A stretch of DNA of 39,803 bases from Methylotenera sp. GTDB taxonomy: Bacteria; Pseudomonadota; Gammaproteobacteria; Burkholderiales; Methylophilaceae. Below the pieces are notes generated by a model. That model worked only from the letters and a program-made list of their open reading frames with translations. It did no database searches and was not told where the DNA came from. The stretch is taken from the NCBI GenBank assembly GCA_043780715.1, contig JAYWCF010000069.1, forward strand, positions 1-39,803, given 5' to 3'. This document shows, piece by piece, positions 19,959 through 34,617 of this stretch; positions within the stretch are counted from its first letter, which is position 1; every line of letters begins with the position of its first letter. The translations under genes and the position numbers were made by a program.

Positions 19959-20597
19959 TTAAAAAAGCTGATGCAATTCAATATAGTGAATCACGTTTTC
20001 AGGTAGTAAATATCGCGGTGTTAGTTTGTTTTTAAAAGCGGCCCTTATTGCCGTTGATGATATATCTAACGAAGTAACGTATTGCATATGAATGCAACCA
20101 GCCGCTTGCGCTGATAAATCGTCTGCATCTTCTGTGTAATGTTCATGCAAAAGCGTTTCAAGTGCATGATCTAAAGGCTGCTTTATCAGGCTACTTGGCC
20201 TTTGCACTAAAATAAGATGGCAAAAATTAAGTAACTCTTGCCAGCGATGCCAGGTATTTAACTTGGTAAAAGCATCGCTGCCCATCATTAAACTTAATGC
20301 CACATCGTCACCAAGCTCACTGCGTAGCGATATTAAGGTGTCAATTGTGTAAGATGCGCCTGTACGATTTAGCTCGCGCGTATCTAATAAAAATTGAGGA
20401 TTATTCTGAATAGCCAATTGCACCATGTGGCATCTGTGCTCGGCAGACACATTTGGTGCTGTTTTATGAGGAGGATTGGCGGATGTAATAAAACGCACTT
20501 CATCCAAATTCACCGCATCTGCTAGCTCTTGCGCCATGCGTAAATGGCCAAAGTGGATGGGATTAAATGTCCCGCCCAATAAGCCTACATGGCGCAT
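19959..20597 (-). CDS. nadD: NadD (mirror copy)
   Basis: Translation identical to 19208-19846. Confidence 0.93.
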   Translation of the reverse strand: MRHVGLLGGTFNPIHFGHLRMAQELADAVNLDEVRFITSANPPHKTAPNVSAEHRCHMVQLAIQNNPQFLLDTRELNRTGASYTIDTLISLRSELGDDVALSLMMGSDAFTKLNTWHRWQELLNFCHLILVQRPSSLIKQPLDHALETLLHEHYTEDADDLSAQAAGCIHMQYVTSLDISSTAIRAAFKNKLTPRYLLPENVIHYIELHQLF

Positions 20598-20606
20598 AGG
20601 TTAAAA

Positions 20607-21887
20607 TTAGCTACGCACTTGGCCATCGCCAAGCACGATATATTTAAGCGATGTTAAGCCTTCTAAACCCACAGGGCCGCGCGCATGTAATTTGTCTGTG
20701 CTAATGCCAATTTCGGCACCCAAACCATATTCAAAGCCATCGGCAAAGCGTGTGCTGGCATTAACCATCACGCTGCTAGAATCTACTTCGCGTAAAAAGC
20801 GTCTGGCTTTTGTATAATTTTCAGTCACAATTGCTTCAGTATGCTGGCTTGAGTGTTGATTAATATGTGTAATCGCTTCGTCCAAGCCATCGACTACTTT
20901 GCAAGAAATAATGGCAGCCAAGTATTCGGTATAAAAATCTTCATCCGTTGCAGGTTTTGCATTGGGTACTAAAGCCAAAGTTTCGGCACAGCCGCGAATC
21001 TCAATGCCTTTTTCAGTCAACATAGTAGCAAGTTTTGGCAGCATTTCTTTAGCTACTGAACGCGCAATCAACAATGATTCGGCGGTGTTGCAAGTGCCTA
21101 AACGCTGAGTTTTGCTGTTCTCTAAAATCGGCAAGGCCTTAGCGAAATCGGCCTCATCGTCAACATACACGTGGCAATTACCATCTAAATGCTTAATCAC
21201 AGGAATACGTGCATCATTCGAAATGCGTTCAATTAAGCCTTTGCCGCCACGTGGCACAATCACATCCACATATTGTTTCATGGTGATTAATTCGCCTACG
21301 GCGGCGCGGTCAGTGGTTTCAATGACTTGCACGGCGGATGTTGGTAATCCGGCTTTTTGTAAGCCTTCATGTACCAATTTTGCCAGTGCTTGATTGCAAT
21401 GAATCGCCTCACTACCGCCACGCAAAATGCAGGCATTGCCTGATTTAATGCAAAGCCCAGCCGCGTCTACTGTTACGTTTGGACGCGCTTCATAAATAAT
21501 ACCAATCACACCTAAAGGCACGCGCATTTGGCCAATTTGAATGCCACTTGGGCGATATTTAAAGTTGCTCATTTCACCAATTGGGTCGGCCAAGTTAGCA
21601 ATTTGCTGCAAACCTTCAGCCATGGTCAGAATCGATTTTTCAGAGAGCGTTAATCTATCTAACATCGCGTCATCTAGGCCGTTTGCGCGCGCGGCGGCTA
21701 AATCTTGCTGATTAGCGGCAATTAAGGCGGGTTTTTCGCGCAAAATAGCGCTGGCAATATTTAAAAGTGCTTGGTTTTTAACGCTGGTTTCCGCCGCTGC
21801 CATTTGGCGTGATGCAGCGCGCGCGTTAATACCAACCGTTTGCATGTAATTTTTAATGTCCATGATTTTAGTATCCATGTTTAGCAT
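20607..21887 (-). CDS. proA: ProA (mirror copy)
   Basis: Translation identical to 17918-19198. Confidence 0.93.
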   Translation of the reverse strand: MLNMDTKIMDIKNYMQTVGINARAASRQMAAAETSVKNQALLNIASAILREKPALIAANQQDLAAARANGLDDAMLDRLTLSEKSILTMAEGLQQIANLADPIGEMSNFKYRPSGIQIGQMRVPLGVIGIIYEARPNVTVDAAGLCIKSGNACILRGGSEAIHCNQALAKLVHEGLQKAGLPTSAVQVIETTDRAAVGELITMKQYVDVIVPRGGKGLIERISNDARIPVIKHLDGNCHVYVDDEADFAKALPILENSKTQRLGTCNTAESLLIARSVAKEMLPKLATMLTEKGIEIRGCAETLALVPNAKPATDEDFYTEYLAAIISCKVVDGLDEAITHINQHSSQHTEAIVTENYTKARRFLREVDSSSVMVNASTRFADGFEYGLGAEIGISTDKLHARGPVGLEGLTSLKYIVLGDGQVRS

Positions 21888-21935
21888 TATACGGTTTTGC
21901 TAAGCACTAGACTAGCCAGCTAAAAGTTGATTGAA

Positions 21936-22949
21936 TTAACGCCCACGCACTTTGGCTAAACCAAAACACAATCTTGAAAGCTCAAGCCAAGCATCGCCTT
22001 GCATCATGCCTTTGGCGGTTTTATCAATATCGCATAATTTTTGCAGCGCCGCTTCTAGTTGGCGCAGATTTAAGCGGCTAAGCGCGCGCTTTACCAATGC
22101 TTGCCTATCGCCATAAATACGCGCATTAGTCATGGCCGAAGTGATATTTTCATTACGCGCTTCGGCTTGTTTAATGCGCAGCAACGGCCGCAGCACCCAC
22201 ATTAATGGATTCATCACCGCCACTGCATTTTCGCCTTCATCTTGCAAGCCCTGCAAAATAGCGGTAACACGCGCGGTGTCACCTGCCAATATGGCATCAC
22301 CCAATTGAAACGCATCAAAGCGCGATACATTTAAAACCGCTTCACGAATCGCTTCATGGCTAATTTCGCCAGCAGGATGCAGCAAGGCTAATTTTTGAAT
22401 TTCTTGATGCGCCGCCAACAAATTGCCTTCAACTTGATGTGCAATAAAAGCAAGTGAAATAGCATCAGTCGATTGATTTTGAAGAGCCAGTCGGGCGGCA
22501 AGCCATTGTGGCAGTTGAGCGGGCGCAATTTCTTTTAAATCAATCACCACCGCTGTTTTTTGCAAGGCGCCAAACCAAGCACTATTTTTGGCATCGCGCT
22601 CAAGTGCTGGCAAGATAATAATGGTGGTGGTATCGGGGATTAAATTGGCGCACAACTCAATTAAGGCTTTGCCGCCATCAACGCCTGGTTTGCCATTGGG
22701 AATGACTATTTCTAGAATGCGTAAGCTAGAAAACAGCGATAACGCCTGTGCAAATTGGTGGATTTGTTGCCAATTAAAATTGCGCTCAACTATAAAACTA
22801 TTGCGCTCATCGGCGCCGGCTTTGCGCGCGGCTTGGCGTATATTATCTAAGCATTCGCTCTGAGCTAGCGGCTCATCGCCCACCAGCACGTATAAGGGCG
22901 CTAATGTTTTACTTAAATGGGTTTTAAGTTGGTTGGAATCTAACTGCAA
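21936..22949 (-). CDS. holA: HolA (mirror copy)
   Basis: Translation identical to 16856-17869. Confidence 0.93.
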   Translation of the reverse strand: MQLDSNQLKTHLSKTLAPLYVLVGDEPLAQSECLDNIRQAARKAGADERNSFIVERNFNWQQIHQFAQALSLFSSLRILEIVIPNGKPGVDGGKALIELCANLIPDTTTIIILPALERDAKNSAWFGALQKTAVVIDLKEIAPAQLPQWLAARLALQNQSTDAISLAFIAHQVEGNLLAAHQEIQKLALLHPAGEISHEAIREAVLNVSRFDAFQLGDAILAGDTARVTAILQGLQDEGENAVAVMNPLMWVLRPLLRIKQAEARNENITSAMTNARIYGDRQALVKRALSRLNLRQLEAALQKLCDIDKTAKGMMQGDAWLELSRLCFGLAKVRGR

Positions 22950-22982
22950 CTTTAGCTGACTTATATTTGATAATGGATTAAG

Positions 22983-23483
22983 TTACTTTTTAAGCGCTGA
23001 TAATCGACGCATTAAATTGCTCAACACATCAGCCTGCATATTCTCGTTTAAGCGTTTTTCTTCACCCTGTTTGGCCAATAAAGTTGCATTGCTGTATGTA
23101 AAATCACGGCGCGCTTCAATGGTTTGCACAGGGCTCCATAACTCGGCAGTGGCCGATTTAACTCGGTAATGAATACGATAATACAGCTCAAATTCATTCA
23201 CTACGCCACGTCCGCTTAAAGACAAAATGCGCTTTTCGTTTTCTTCGCCCATTAATTCCAGTAATACTTCCGCATTTTCAGCAGAATTTAAAACTGTAAT
23301 ACCGTTAGTGGCTAGCGATTTATTCAAATTCTTTGATATGGTCAGCGTGCTTCCTTGTATAAAGATGCTCTGAAAAGACATATCGGCTGCGCCACGCAAA
23401 TGAAAACCGCAACTGCTTACCGCCGCCAGCAGGCCAAAAAGAAAAAACGCACGAAAATTGGCGTTAATATTTAAAAGATTCAA
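22983..23483 (-). CDS. lptE: LptE (mirror copy)
   Basis: Translation identical to 16322-16822. Confidence 0.9.
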   Translation of the reverse strand: MNLLNINANFRAFFLFGLLAAVSSCGFHLRGAADMSFQSIFIQGSTLTISKNLNKSLATNGITVLNSAENAEVLLELMGEENEKRILSLSGRGVVNEFELYYRIHYRVKSATAELWSPVQTIEARRDFTYSNATLLAKQGEEKRLNENMQADVLSNLMRRLSALKK

Positions 23484-23486
23484 GTT

Positions 23487-25952
<2,466 letters not shown>

Positions 25953-26096
25953 TTATTTAGTTAATTTTAATAGGAATATCGAAATTATACTTGAAGGCAG
26001 TGCCTTTGGCATTGCTTGCGATGCTTGTGTGCGGCTGAATTATTGTGTTGCAGGGTATGCAATTATGCAGAGAATTTGCATAAGGGATTGAAGATT

Positions 26097-26131
26097 TAAA
26101 CAGCTTGCCCTAGATTGAATAGGGCAAGCTA
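26097..26131 (-). terminator. Probable intrinsic terminator (mirror copy)
   Basis: agcttgcccta-gattgaa-tagggcaagct, the mirror of 13674-13708. Confidence 0.55.
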
Positions 26132-26141
26132 ATATTAATTG

Positions 26142-26627
26142 TTAGTTTTGATTAGGAAATTTAGTTTCTAAACGATCTTCAAGCTCGCCAATGTAGGCCG
26201 AAAGCGAAGTGCCTGATTGGTCAATAGCGGCGTGAATATTGGCGCCTAGCGTATCTAACTTAGCCAATAATGACGATTTAGAATCCGCTTGAATGGCAGT
26301 TTGTTTTTGGATTTCGGCATCCATAAATTGGCGCAATTCTGTAAAACGGGATGCTTCGGCTTTATCGGCTAATTCACGATTTGTTTGCAACTCTTTGGCA
26401 TGACGACGCGCCTCAAATAGTACGGATGTTTGCAAATAAACGATAAAAGTTAGAAACACCGCGGTTAACACACCTAATATGCCTAGCATCACCAAACCAA
26501 GCGGCGCGTTAACTTGTGCAACCGCCAAATTAAGCGTGGTTGGCGCCATAATGGTAGACCAATTCAGTATCATAAATACTAAAAATAGCGCCAAAACGCC
26601 CAATAAAATCAATGCGCGAGCTTTCAT
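26142..26627 (-). CDS. LapA/DUF1049-like membrane protein (mirror copy)
   Basis: Translation identical to 13178-13663. Confidence 0.68.
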   Translation of the reverse strand: MKARALILLGVLALFLVFMILNWSTIMAPTTLNLAVAQVNAPLGLVMLGILGVLTAVFLTFIVYLQTSVLFEARRHAKELQTNRELADKAEASRFTELRQFMDAEIQKQTAIQADSKSSLLAKLDTLGANIHAAIDQSGTSLSAYIGELEDRLETKFPNQN

Positions 26628-26754
26628 ATTTAAATCCTTGCTAGAAAATAATAAAGCATTAAAAATGCAGGGTTACTGAATAAAGTGGGATGCAGTAACC
26701 CAACAGTTTAATCGCAGTTATGCACAATTGGCATGTAAATAAGCGTTAAATTTC

Positions 26755-27429
<675 letters not shown>

Positions 27430-27458
27430 TTAAGGAATTTGGAAAAAGTGTAATTATA

Positions 27459-28388
27459 TCAAACAAGCGATTTGCCAACATTGTTGCTGCCAAGATAGTT
27501 GCTAATGGTAACAAACTCAGCAACGCTTAGATTTTCGGCGCGCAATTGTGGATTAATACCCAGCGCGGTAAAACCAGCATCATCCAGCAAGCCTTTAAGC
27601 GTGTTGCGCAGGGTTTTGCGGCGCTGGCCAAAGGCGGCTAATACTAGTTTGTAAAATAAGGCGGTATCTTTGGCAACAAAAGGTAAGGTAGCATGCGGCA
27701 CGCAACGCACAAACGCAGATTCTACTTTTGGTGCTGGGTCGAAGGCTTCTGGCGGAACAGTGATTAAATATTCCATCGCTAAATAATATTGCAACATCAC
27801 CGAAAGCCGCCCATATGCAGGCGTTGAAGGCTGCGCCACCATGCGCTCGACCACTTCTTTTTGCAACATAAAATGCATATCGGTAATGTGGCTAACGTTA
27901 TCCAGCAGATGAAACAAAATAGGTGTAGAAATATTGTAGGGCAGGTTACCCGTCACCCTTAGTTTCGGCAAACCAAGAGCGCCCGCTTCGTTAGCTTCGT
28001 TGTTGGCGCCTCGCCGTACTATTTGTACTGCCTCGTTGCCGCCGCCTTGCTGCCTTGCGCTCATCTCTTGCTTTGCAGAAATGTGATTTGCAACAAGTGA
28101 GCTAAAATCGAATTTCAGCGCATCCACATTATGAATGGATAAGGTATTTTTCGCATAGGCAGGTTTTGCATATTCGGTTTGCATCCAAGCCACAATATCG
28201 CGGTCAATTTCCACCACATGCAAATGCTCAATTTTAGCCAAAAGCGGCTTGGTAAGCGCGCCTAAGCCTGGTCCAATTTCTACAATCACTTGGTTTTCTT
28301 TTGGATTAATCGCATCAATTAAGCTGCCAATCACACCTTGATCGGTTAAGAAATTTTGGCCGAATCTTTTTTTTGCGACGTGTTTCAT
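27459..28388 (-). CDS. rsmA: RsmA/KsgA (mirror copy)
   Basis: Translation identical to 11417-12346. Confidence 0.93.
   Translation of the reverse strand: MKHVAKKRFGQNFLTDQGVIGSLIDAINPKENQVIVEIGPGLGALTKPLLAKIEHLHVVEIDRDIVAWMQTEYAKPAYAKNTLSIHNVDALKFDFSSLVANHISAKQEMSARQQGGGNEAVQIVRRGANNEANEAGALGLPKLRVTGNLPYNISTPILFHLLDNVSHITDMHFMLQKEVVERMVAQPSTPAYGRLSVMLQYYLAMEYLITVPPEAFDPAPKVESAFVRCVPHATLPFVAKDTALFYKLVLAAFGQRRKTLRNTLKGLLDDAGFTALGINPQLRAENLSVAEFVTISNYLGSNNVGKSLV
27963..28081. repeat. RPE-like element in rsmA (mirror copy)
   Basis: Mirror of 11724-11842. Confidence 0.7.
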
Positions 28389-29392
28389 TCTGTATGACTT
28401 ACCTTTTTCAAGCGATGGCCGGCTAATTCAATGGCTAAGTTGATGGCGCTTAGCATGCTGCCAATATCGATTTTACCTGTGCCCGCTAAATCTAGCGCCG
28501 TGCCGTGGTCAACAGAGGTGCGAATAATCGGTAAGCCAAGCGTGACATTGACGCCTTCACCAAAGCTGGCGTGTTTTAGCACTGGCAAACCTTGGTCGTG
28601 ATACATGGACAGAACGGCATCGGCTTGGCTTAAATGGTGTTTGGCAAATAAGGTATCGGCTGGCAACGCGCCAATTAATTGCATGCCTTCAGCGCGCAAT
28701 TTGTTTAGAACAGGGTTAATTACTTCAATTTCTTCACGGCCTAAATAGCCATCTTCACCGGCGTGTGGATTAAGGCCAGCCACCAAAATGCGTGGGTTTT
28801 TAAGGCCAAATTTGCTGATTAAATCGTGATGCAAAATACGAATCGTGTTTTCTAAGCCTGCTTGCGTAATGGCCGCTGGCACATCTTTTAGCGCTAAATG
28901 GATGGTCGCCAGCGCGACTCTTAATCCGCTACCGACTAACATCATCACCACATGCGGCGTATTGGTGTGTTCGGCTAAAAATTCCGTATGCCCAGTAAAC
29001 GCAATGCCGGCGTCATTAATCACGCCCTTGTGCACAGGCGCCGTTACAACTGCATCGAACGCATGACTAAGCGCGCCATCTATCGCGCAAGTGAGTGTAT
29101 TTAACACATAGCTGCTATTGGCAGGGTTTAGCGTGCCGGCTGTAACAGGGGCGTTAGTTGGAATATGCAGCACTTTAAGCTGGTTTTTAATGTGCGGCTG
29201 AATCTCTTGCGACATTTCATAAGGCACAATATCCAACGCCATATTAAGTTGATTCGCACGATTTTTTAATAGTTCACCATCGCCAATTATGGTGATATCG
29301 GCGGCAATTTCTAATTGCGATAACAGCACGCAAATATCAGGCCCAATGCCTGCTGGTTCGCCTGAAGTGATTGCAATTCTAGGAATGGGCAT
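28385..29392 (-). CDS. pdxA: PdxA (mirror copy; ORF open from 29419)
   Basis: Translation identical to the left-arm copy. Confidence 0.93.
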   Translation of the reverse strand: MPIPRIAITSGEPAGIGPDICVLLSQLEIAADITIIGDGELLKNRANQLNMALDIVPYEMSQEIQPHIKNQLKVLHIPTNAPVTAGTLNPANSSYVLNTLTCAIDGALSHAFDAVVTAPVHKGVINDAGIAFTGHTEFLAEHTNTPHVVMMLVGSGLRVALATIHLALKDVPAAITQAGLENTIRILHHDLISKFGLKNPRILVAGLNPHAGEDGYLGREEIEVINPVLNKLRAEGMQLIGALPADTLFAKHHLSQADAVLSMYHDQGLPVLKHASFGEGVNVTLGLPIIRTSVDHGTALDLAGTGKIDIGSMLSAINLAIELAGHRLKKVSHTE

Positions 29393-29526
29393 CTCTAAAA
29401 ATTCAATTTCCGTCGTCATGCGGCGTTGCTCACAAAAAATTACTCCTTACATATTCACTATATGCGGCGTCGAAATTTTTTGCTCACGCCTTGCCTGACT
29501 TAGTAACTTGAACTTTTAAAGACGCC
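29388..29526. repeat. RPE/MITE-like element (mirror copy)
   Basis: Mirror of 10279-10417. Confidence 0.7.
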
Positions 29527-29566
29527 AATTACCATTGCGAAAGGCCTAATTAATTTCCAATAGAAT

Positions 29567-30889
29567 TTAAAACTTATCTTCTAAACGCATCTCAACAAAA
29601 GCGCGGTCGCGCAATTCGCGCACCCAATCTTGATACGCTTCATCGGATTTGCGGGCGCGGATTTCTTGACGCGCTTTTAATCGTGCCGCTTCTTTACTCA
29701 TGTCTTGTTTGCGGCGTTCTAATACTTGAATAATATGCCAGCCGAATGGCGAGCGCACTGGTTCACTAATTTCACCCGGGCCTAAATCGTTCATGGCTTT
29801 TTCAAAAGCTGGCACTGTGTCGCCAGGGTTTACCCAACCCAAATCGCCACCATTGCTGGCGCTGCCATCTTCTGAATATTGGCGTGCCATTTCTTCAAAC
29901 TTCACACCATTATCCAAACGTTCTTTAATGGTATCCATCTTTTGTTTGCCATCTTTTTCAGACACCACTTCGCTTAATTTAATCAAAATATGGCGCGCAT
30001 GCGTTTGGTCTATCATCAAGCTTGAAGCGCCGCCGCGGCGATTAGTGAGTTTTAAAATGTGAAAACCGTTTGGGCTGCGCAAGGGTTGTGATACTTCACC
30101 CACTTGCATGGATTTAACGGCCTCTAAAAATAAGGCAGGCATTTGCGTACTATTTTTCCAGCCTAATTTGCCGCCTTCTAAAGCGTTTGGCGCATCTGAA
30201 AAGCTGGCTGATACTTGCGCAAAGTCTTTGCCGCTAGCCAGTTCTTTTAATGCTTTTTCGGTTTTGCTGCGCACTTTTTCTAAGTCTTCTGGCGAGCTAT
30301 CTTCGGGTGAGCGCACAAGAATATGCGAAATTTCAAACTCATCTTGCACTTCACCACGATTAGCCTGAGTGGTTAAATAGTTGTCAATTTCGCCATCTGA
30401 AACGGTAATTTTATTGTCTACATCGCGCTCGCGTAAGCGCGCAATGGTAATTTCACTGCGGATATCTTCGCGAAATTTACGCATGGTCAAGCCGTCTGCT
30501 TCTAAGGCTTTTTTAAACTCTTCTACCGTTAATTTATTTTGGGTGGCGATACGCTCTATAGTTTTATCCAGCTGCGTGTCATCTACCTTAATGCCGGTTT
30601 GGTTAGCCAGTTGTAATTGCAGGCTATCCACAATTAAGCGCTCTAAAATCTGTTTTTGTAGCACATCGGCGGGTGGTAGCGTTGAGCCTTGTTTTTCTAG
30701 CTGGGCAGTAACGGTGTTAATTCTGTCGGCTAATTCTTGCTCAGTAATCACACTTTGATCGACTACCGCAATAATGCGATCCATCTTGACAGCGCTATCT
30801 TTACTGGTTGCCGCCATTAACGTGTTGGATGCCAACAGCAGGCTTAACGTTAAAAGTTTAAAAAATTGAATCATATGGGTTAATTTCAT
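29567..30889 (-). CDS. surA: SurA (mirror copy)
   Basis: Translation identical to 8916-10238. Confidence 0.93.
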   Translation of the reverse strand: MKLTHMIQFFKLLTLSLLLASNTLMAATSKDSAVKMDRIIAVVDQSVITEQELADRINTVTAQLEKQGSTLPPADVLQKQILERLIVDSLQLQLANQTGIKVDDTQLDKTIERIATQNKLTVEEFKKALEADGLTMRKFREDIRSEITIARLRERDVDNKITVSDGEIDNYLTTQANRGEVQDEFEISHILVRSPEDSSPEDLEKVRSKTEKALKELASGKDFAQVSASFSDAPNALEGGKLGWKNSTQMPALFLEAVKSMQVGEVSQPLRSPNGFHILKLTNRRGGASSLMIDQTHARHILIKLSEVVSEKDGKQKMDTIKERLDNGVKFEEMARQYSEDGSASNGGDLGWVNPGDTVPAFEKAMNDLGPGEISEPVRSPFGWHIIQVLERRKQDMSKEAARLKARQEIRARKSDEAYQDWVRELRDRAFVEMRLEDKF

Positions 30890-33423
30890 TGGTTGTAATT
30901 TTGCTGCCTATAAATGTTTGGAATCTCACTAGAACTTAAATAACCTGGTATATCGCGGCGTAATAAGTTGAGCGGATTTGAGCCGATTGAAGCTAAGCCA
31001 CCTAGTTCAAGCTGTAAGAAAAAACCATAGTTGGCATTGGCTGTTGCTGTTTGTACACGTTGGAACACTGTACGAATTTGCCAACATCCTGCATCGTATT
31101 CCAGACCAGCTAAGCTTTCAATCAATGTCTTATCGCGAATTGAGTAGTTTAATCGACCAATACCATACCAGCCGCGGCTAATTGGCCATTGGCCTGAAAT
31201 GTTGAATTGCTCTAAGAATTGTTGGGTATACCGATAGCCTACATTCATTAATTTGCCGGGCTCTGGATTGTATCTGGCCAGCACATTGGAGCGCACGATG
31301 CTCGCATCGTCTGTGTTGTATTGCCAAAAAGCGTCTAAATTCCATTTGTTCGAAAGTCTGGCTGTGACGGCAGCAATAATATCTGAAGAGTTACGTTGCG
31401 ATTTTATGGCGCCTGGTAAAGTTACATTTTGATCGGCAAAATAATAGCGTTGACCCACTGTTGCTGAAAGTCGCTCAACGCCAGTGTTTTTGTCAATCAT
31501 GCGTGAGGTCATTGCTAAACTAAGCTGGTTGGCATTGTTCACTCTATCGTTACCGGTAAATTGATTTTCGGTAAATAAACTGGTCAAATTTAAATCAGCT
31601 AATGCCGAGTCAAATACCGGCAATAAATCTTGTTTTTTATCAGGTATGTACACATAAAATAGGCGGGGCTCTATGGTCTGTGTGTAGCTATTTTTAACAA
31701 TTTTTACATCCCGCTCAAAATATAAGCCACTGTCCAAGCTAAAAACAGGCAAAGTACGTGTGGCGGAATTATTACTAACAGCGCTACCATTTACCATATA
31801 GTTATTATCGTTTAAGTTATAGTAACTGGCATGCACACCAATTTTTGGCGTTATAAATCCATAAGGTTGTGTGAATGGCATGCTAATAGAAGGATATACG
31901 GTTAAGCGGCTACCCGTTGGTGCTACTGGCGCATCGCTATTGCGGGAAAAATGTACCCATTGGCTGTAAAAATTGGTATTAAACGCACCCCATTCTTTAT
32001 CAGCGGTTAATGTTAATTGCGGTAAACGTTGATAAGCATAATTTATTTGGTCTAAATTTTGATAGCGTTGGACCAGCCCATTAAAGCGCCACACATCGCC
32101 TACATAATCCACTCTGCCCTCTTGCAGCAAATTTACCTGACTAGTGCTTACAATACGGGTAGAAGTTTCTGAGAAATATTGATTATCAGATACTTTTTCA
32201 AAATGGTAGCCCGCAGACCAGCCATTACCTAATTGATGGCCATGGGTAAGGTTTGCATAATAGCGTTGTTGCCCAGTCATATTGTCGTTGTCCAGATACT
32301 CCACGCTATCCAGCCCAGAGAAACTTTCGTTTAAATATCTTAGTTCACCTTGAAACTGCGTGCCACGTTTGCTTAAGTAGCGCGCACCTACTGTGGCATC
32401 AATATTGGGGGCGATATTAATATAATAAGGCACTAGCGTTTCAAAACCGCTTCTGCTGGTTGTGCCTACCGTAGGTGCTAATAGGCCCGATTTGCGTTCA
32501 TTGCTAAATGAAAAACTCATGTATGGCATGTACAAAAGTGGTACACCCTTAAACTCAACATGCGCATTGGTAGCAGTGCCCGATTGCGTGTAATCATCTA
32601 GAACGATTTCGCGCGCTTTAATGTACCAATCATCCACGCCGGGTTCGCAAGTGGTGTAGCGCGCATTTTTTAAACGTTTTTTATCTTCGCCTTCAAAAAA
32701 TATCGCTTTGGCATCGCCGCGCGATGAGTTTAATTTTGGGTTTATTGATTGACCAATTGGCGTTGCAGGTTCGCGGTAGTTGTCTTGATACAACTTTGGA
32801 TCGTCTGTTAAGCTGGTCTGTGTATTCAATAATTTAGATTGCGTGTACGCGTTTTCGCCAGCTTTGGGGCTCACTGGTGAGACGGAATTGCTGAAGGTTT
32901 TATTCAATGTAATTGATGCATCCTGCATTTCACCAATGCTATCTGATAAGCGCATCTTAAGCGACGGCCCAGTTATTTGCCCGTCACCTAAATCTATACG
33001 CGCATTACCATCCACTTTCAACTCATCATCTTGCACATTGTATTGTATGCTGTCACCGTATATTTTTTGATTGCCCTTAGTGATAGAAGCGTTACCACTG
33101 GCGCGCATTTCGCGGTCAAGGTACAAATCCATTTTGTCGCCTTCAATTTCAATAGTACCTGGCTGGGCGCTAGTTTCGGCTAAAGGCTGAGTGGTTTCTG
33201 GTGTTTGTATAGCATCGGTTGTAACAGATTCGGCAGCCGCCATCATGCTAAAGCCAGACAGCAAAACAGTGGCGATTAACGCGCAGTAGTGCTGGGCAAA
33301 ATCAATCATGCCGCGAAAAATATTTATAAAAGTGTTGTGCAATGGCGTTTTCTTTTGAGCGCAATCGGCATTAAAGCACCGAATTAACGGGCGCTGGTTA
33401 ATAAATGATTTTTGTTTACACAA
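30886..33423 (-). CDS. lptD: LptD (mirror copy)
   Basis: Translation identical to 6382-8919. Confidence 0.93.
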   Translation of the reverse strand: MCKQKSFINQRPLIRCFNADCAQKKTPLHNTFINIFRGMIDFAQHYCALIATVLLSGFSMMAAAESVTTDAIQTPETTQPLAETSAQPGTIEIEGDKMDLYLDREMRASGNASITKGNQKIYGDSIQYNVQDDELKVDGNARIDLGDGQITGPSLKMRLSDSIGEMQDASITLNKTFSNSVSPVSPKAGENAYTQSKLLNTQTSLTDDPKLYQDNYREPATPIGQSINPKLNSSRGDAKAIFFEGEDKKRLKNARYTTCEPGVDDWYIKAREIVLDDYTQSGTATNAHVEFKGVPLLYMPYMSFSFSNERKSGLLAPTVGTTSRSGFETLVPYYINIAPNIDATVGARYLSKRGTQFQGELRYLNESFSGLDSVEYLDNDNMTGQQRYYANLTHGHQLGNGWSAGYHFEKVSDNQYFSETSTRIVSTSQVNLLQEGRVDYVGDVWRFNGLVQRYQNLDQINYAYQRLPQLTLTADKEWGAFNTNFYSQWVHFSRNSDAPVAPTGSRLTVYPSISMPFTQPYGFITPKIGVHASYYNLNDNNYMVNGSAVSNNSATRTLPVFSLDSGLYFERDVKIVKNSYTQTIEPRLFYVYIPDKKQDLLPVFDSALADLNLTSLFTENQFTGNDRVNNANQLSLAMTSRMIDKNTGVERLSATVGQRYYFADQNVTLPGAIKSQRNSSDIIAAVTARLSNKWNLDAFWQYNTDDASIVRSNVLARYNPEPGKLMNVGYRYTQQFLEQFNISGQWPISRGWYGIGRLNYSIRDKTLIESLAGLEYDAGCWQIRTVFQRVQTATANANYGFFLQLELGGLASIGSNPLNLLRRDIPGYLSSSEIPNIYRQQNYNQ

Positions 33424-33566
33424 AACCTAGACTGTCTATTTTACAGATGAATGATAAAATCGTATATAACTGTATTTGAGTTGCGAGTTTTTAAATTGCT
33501 AATTTAAGGCAATTGATTTGCTTGTATTGAATAAATCAATATTAAAAAATATTTAAAAGGTTTGCT

Positions 33567-34574
33567 GTGGATAGATTATCAGAATTAACACATTGGTTGG
33601 ATGCGACATTAAGGCAGCCATTTACCTTAACCGTAGCCTCGGCCGATGCAAGCTTTAGACGCTATTTTAGGGTGCATTTGGCTGATACCTATCCGCAAAG
33701 CAACACCTTAATTGCCATGGATGCGCCGCCGCCACAAGAAGATTGCACGCCATTTGTTAAAGTGGCGCAATTATTAATAGACGCTGGCTTAAATGTGCCC
33801 AAGATAATCGCGCAAGATATCAGCCAAGGCTTTTTGCTGATTAGTGATTTGGGCGATGACACTTATTTAAGTGTACTCAATAATGAAAATGCCAAAAAAT
33901 TCTATTCAGACGCCACCGATGCGCTGATTAAAATGCAGTTGGCTAGCCAAGCCGACACCTTGCCCAATTACGATGCCGCTTTGTTGTTGCGTGAAATGCA
34001 GCTTTTCCCTGATTGGTATATCAACAAACATTTGGGCATTACTTTAAGTGCAGAACAAGAGGCGGTGCTACAAAATACGTTTTGTGTGTTGATTGAAAAT
34101 ATTTTGGCACAGGGCCAAGTAACGGTGCACCGTGATTATCATTCACGTAATTTAATGGTGACGGCAGAGCAAAATCCTGGCGTGTTGGATTTTCAAGATG
34201 CAGTGCACGGCGCTATTACCTACGATTTAGTATCACTATTAAAAGATGCTTATATAGAGTGGGATGAAGAGCAAATTATTGATTGGGCGGTGCGTTATTG
34301 GCAGCCCGCCAAAAAAGCGGGCTTGCCAGTGCCAGCCGATTTTAGTGAGTTTTACCGCGATTTTGAATGGATGGGCGCGCAACGCCATATTAAAGTGTTG
34401 GGTATTTTTGCGCGGCTTTATCACCGCGATGGCAAAGACGGCTATTTAAAAGACATGCCATTAGTGATGCATTATTTGCGCAAAGCCTGTGAACGTTATG
34501 TGGAATTGCGCCCAATGTTAAGGTTGTTAAATCAGCTAGAAAACGTTAAGCCGCAAGAAGGCTTTACCTTTTAA
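33567..34574 (+). CDS. amgK: AmgK (mirror copy)
   Basis: Translation identical to 5231-6238. Confidence 0.86.
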   Translation: MDRLSELTHWLDATLRQPFTLTVASADASFRRYFRVHLADTYPQSNTLIAMDAPPPQEDCTPFVKVAQLLIDAGLNVPKIIAQDISQGFLLISDLGDDTYLSVLNNENAKKFYSDATDALIKMQLASQADTLPNYDAALLLREMQLFPDWYINKHLGITLSAEQEAVLQNTFCVLIENILAQGQVTVHRDYHSRNLMVTAEQNPGVLDFQDAVHGAITYDLVSLLKDAYIEWDEEQIIDWAVRYWQPAKKAGLPVPADFSEFYRDFEWMGAQRHIKVLGIFARLYHRDGKDGYLKDMPLVMHYLRKACERYVELRPMLRLLNQLENVKPQEGFTF

Positions 34575-34617
34575 TACCAGTTGTTTTAAAGAAAGCCATT
34601 TCAATGGAATTAACCTT

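Noticed and set aside
19799-20006. Two identical 60 aa ORFs (19799-19981 minus, 19824-20006 plus) crossing the axis
   Set aside because: They are products of the palindrome. They overlap the nadD ends, run through a terminator hairpin and show no recognisable motif.
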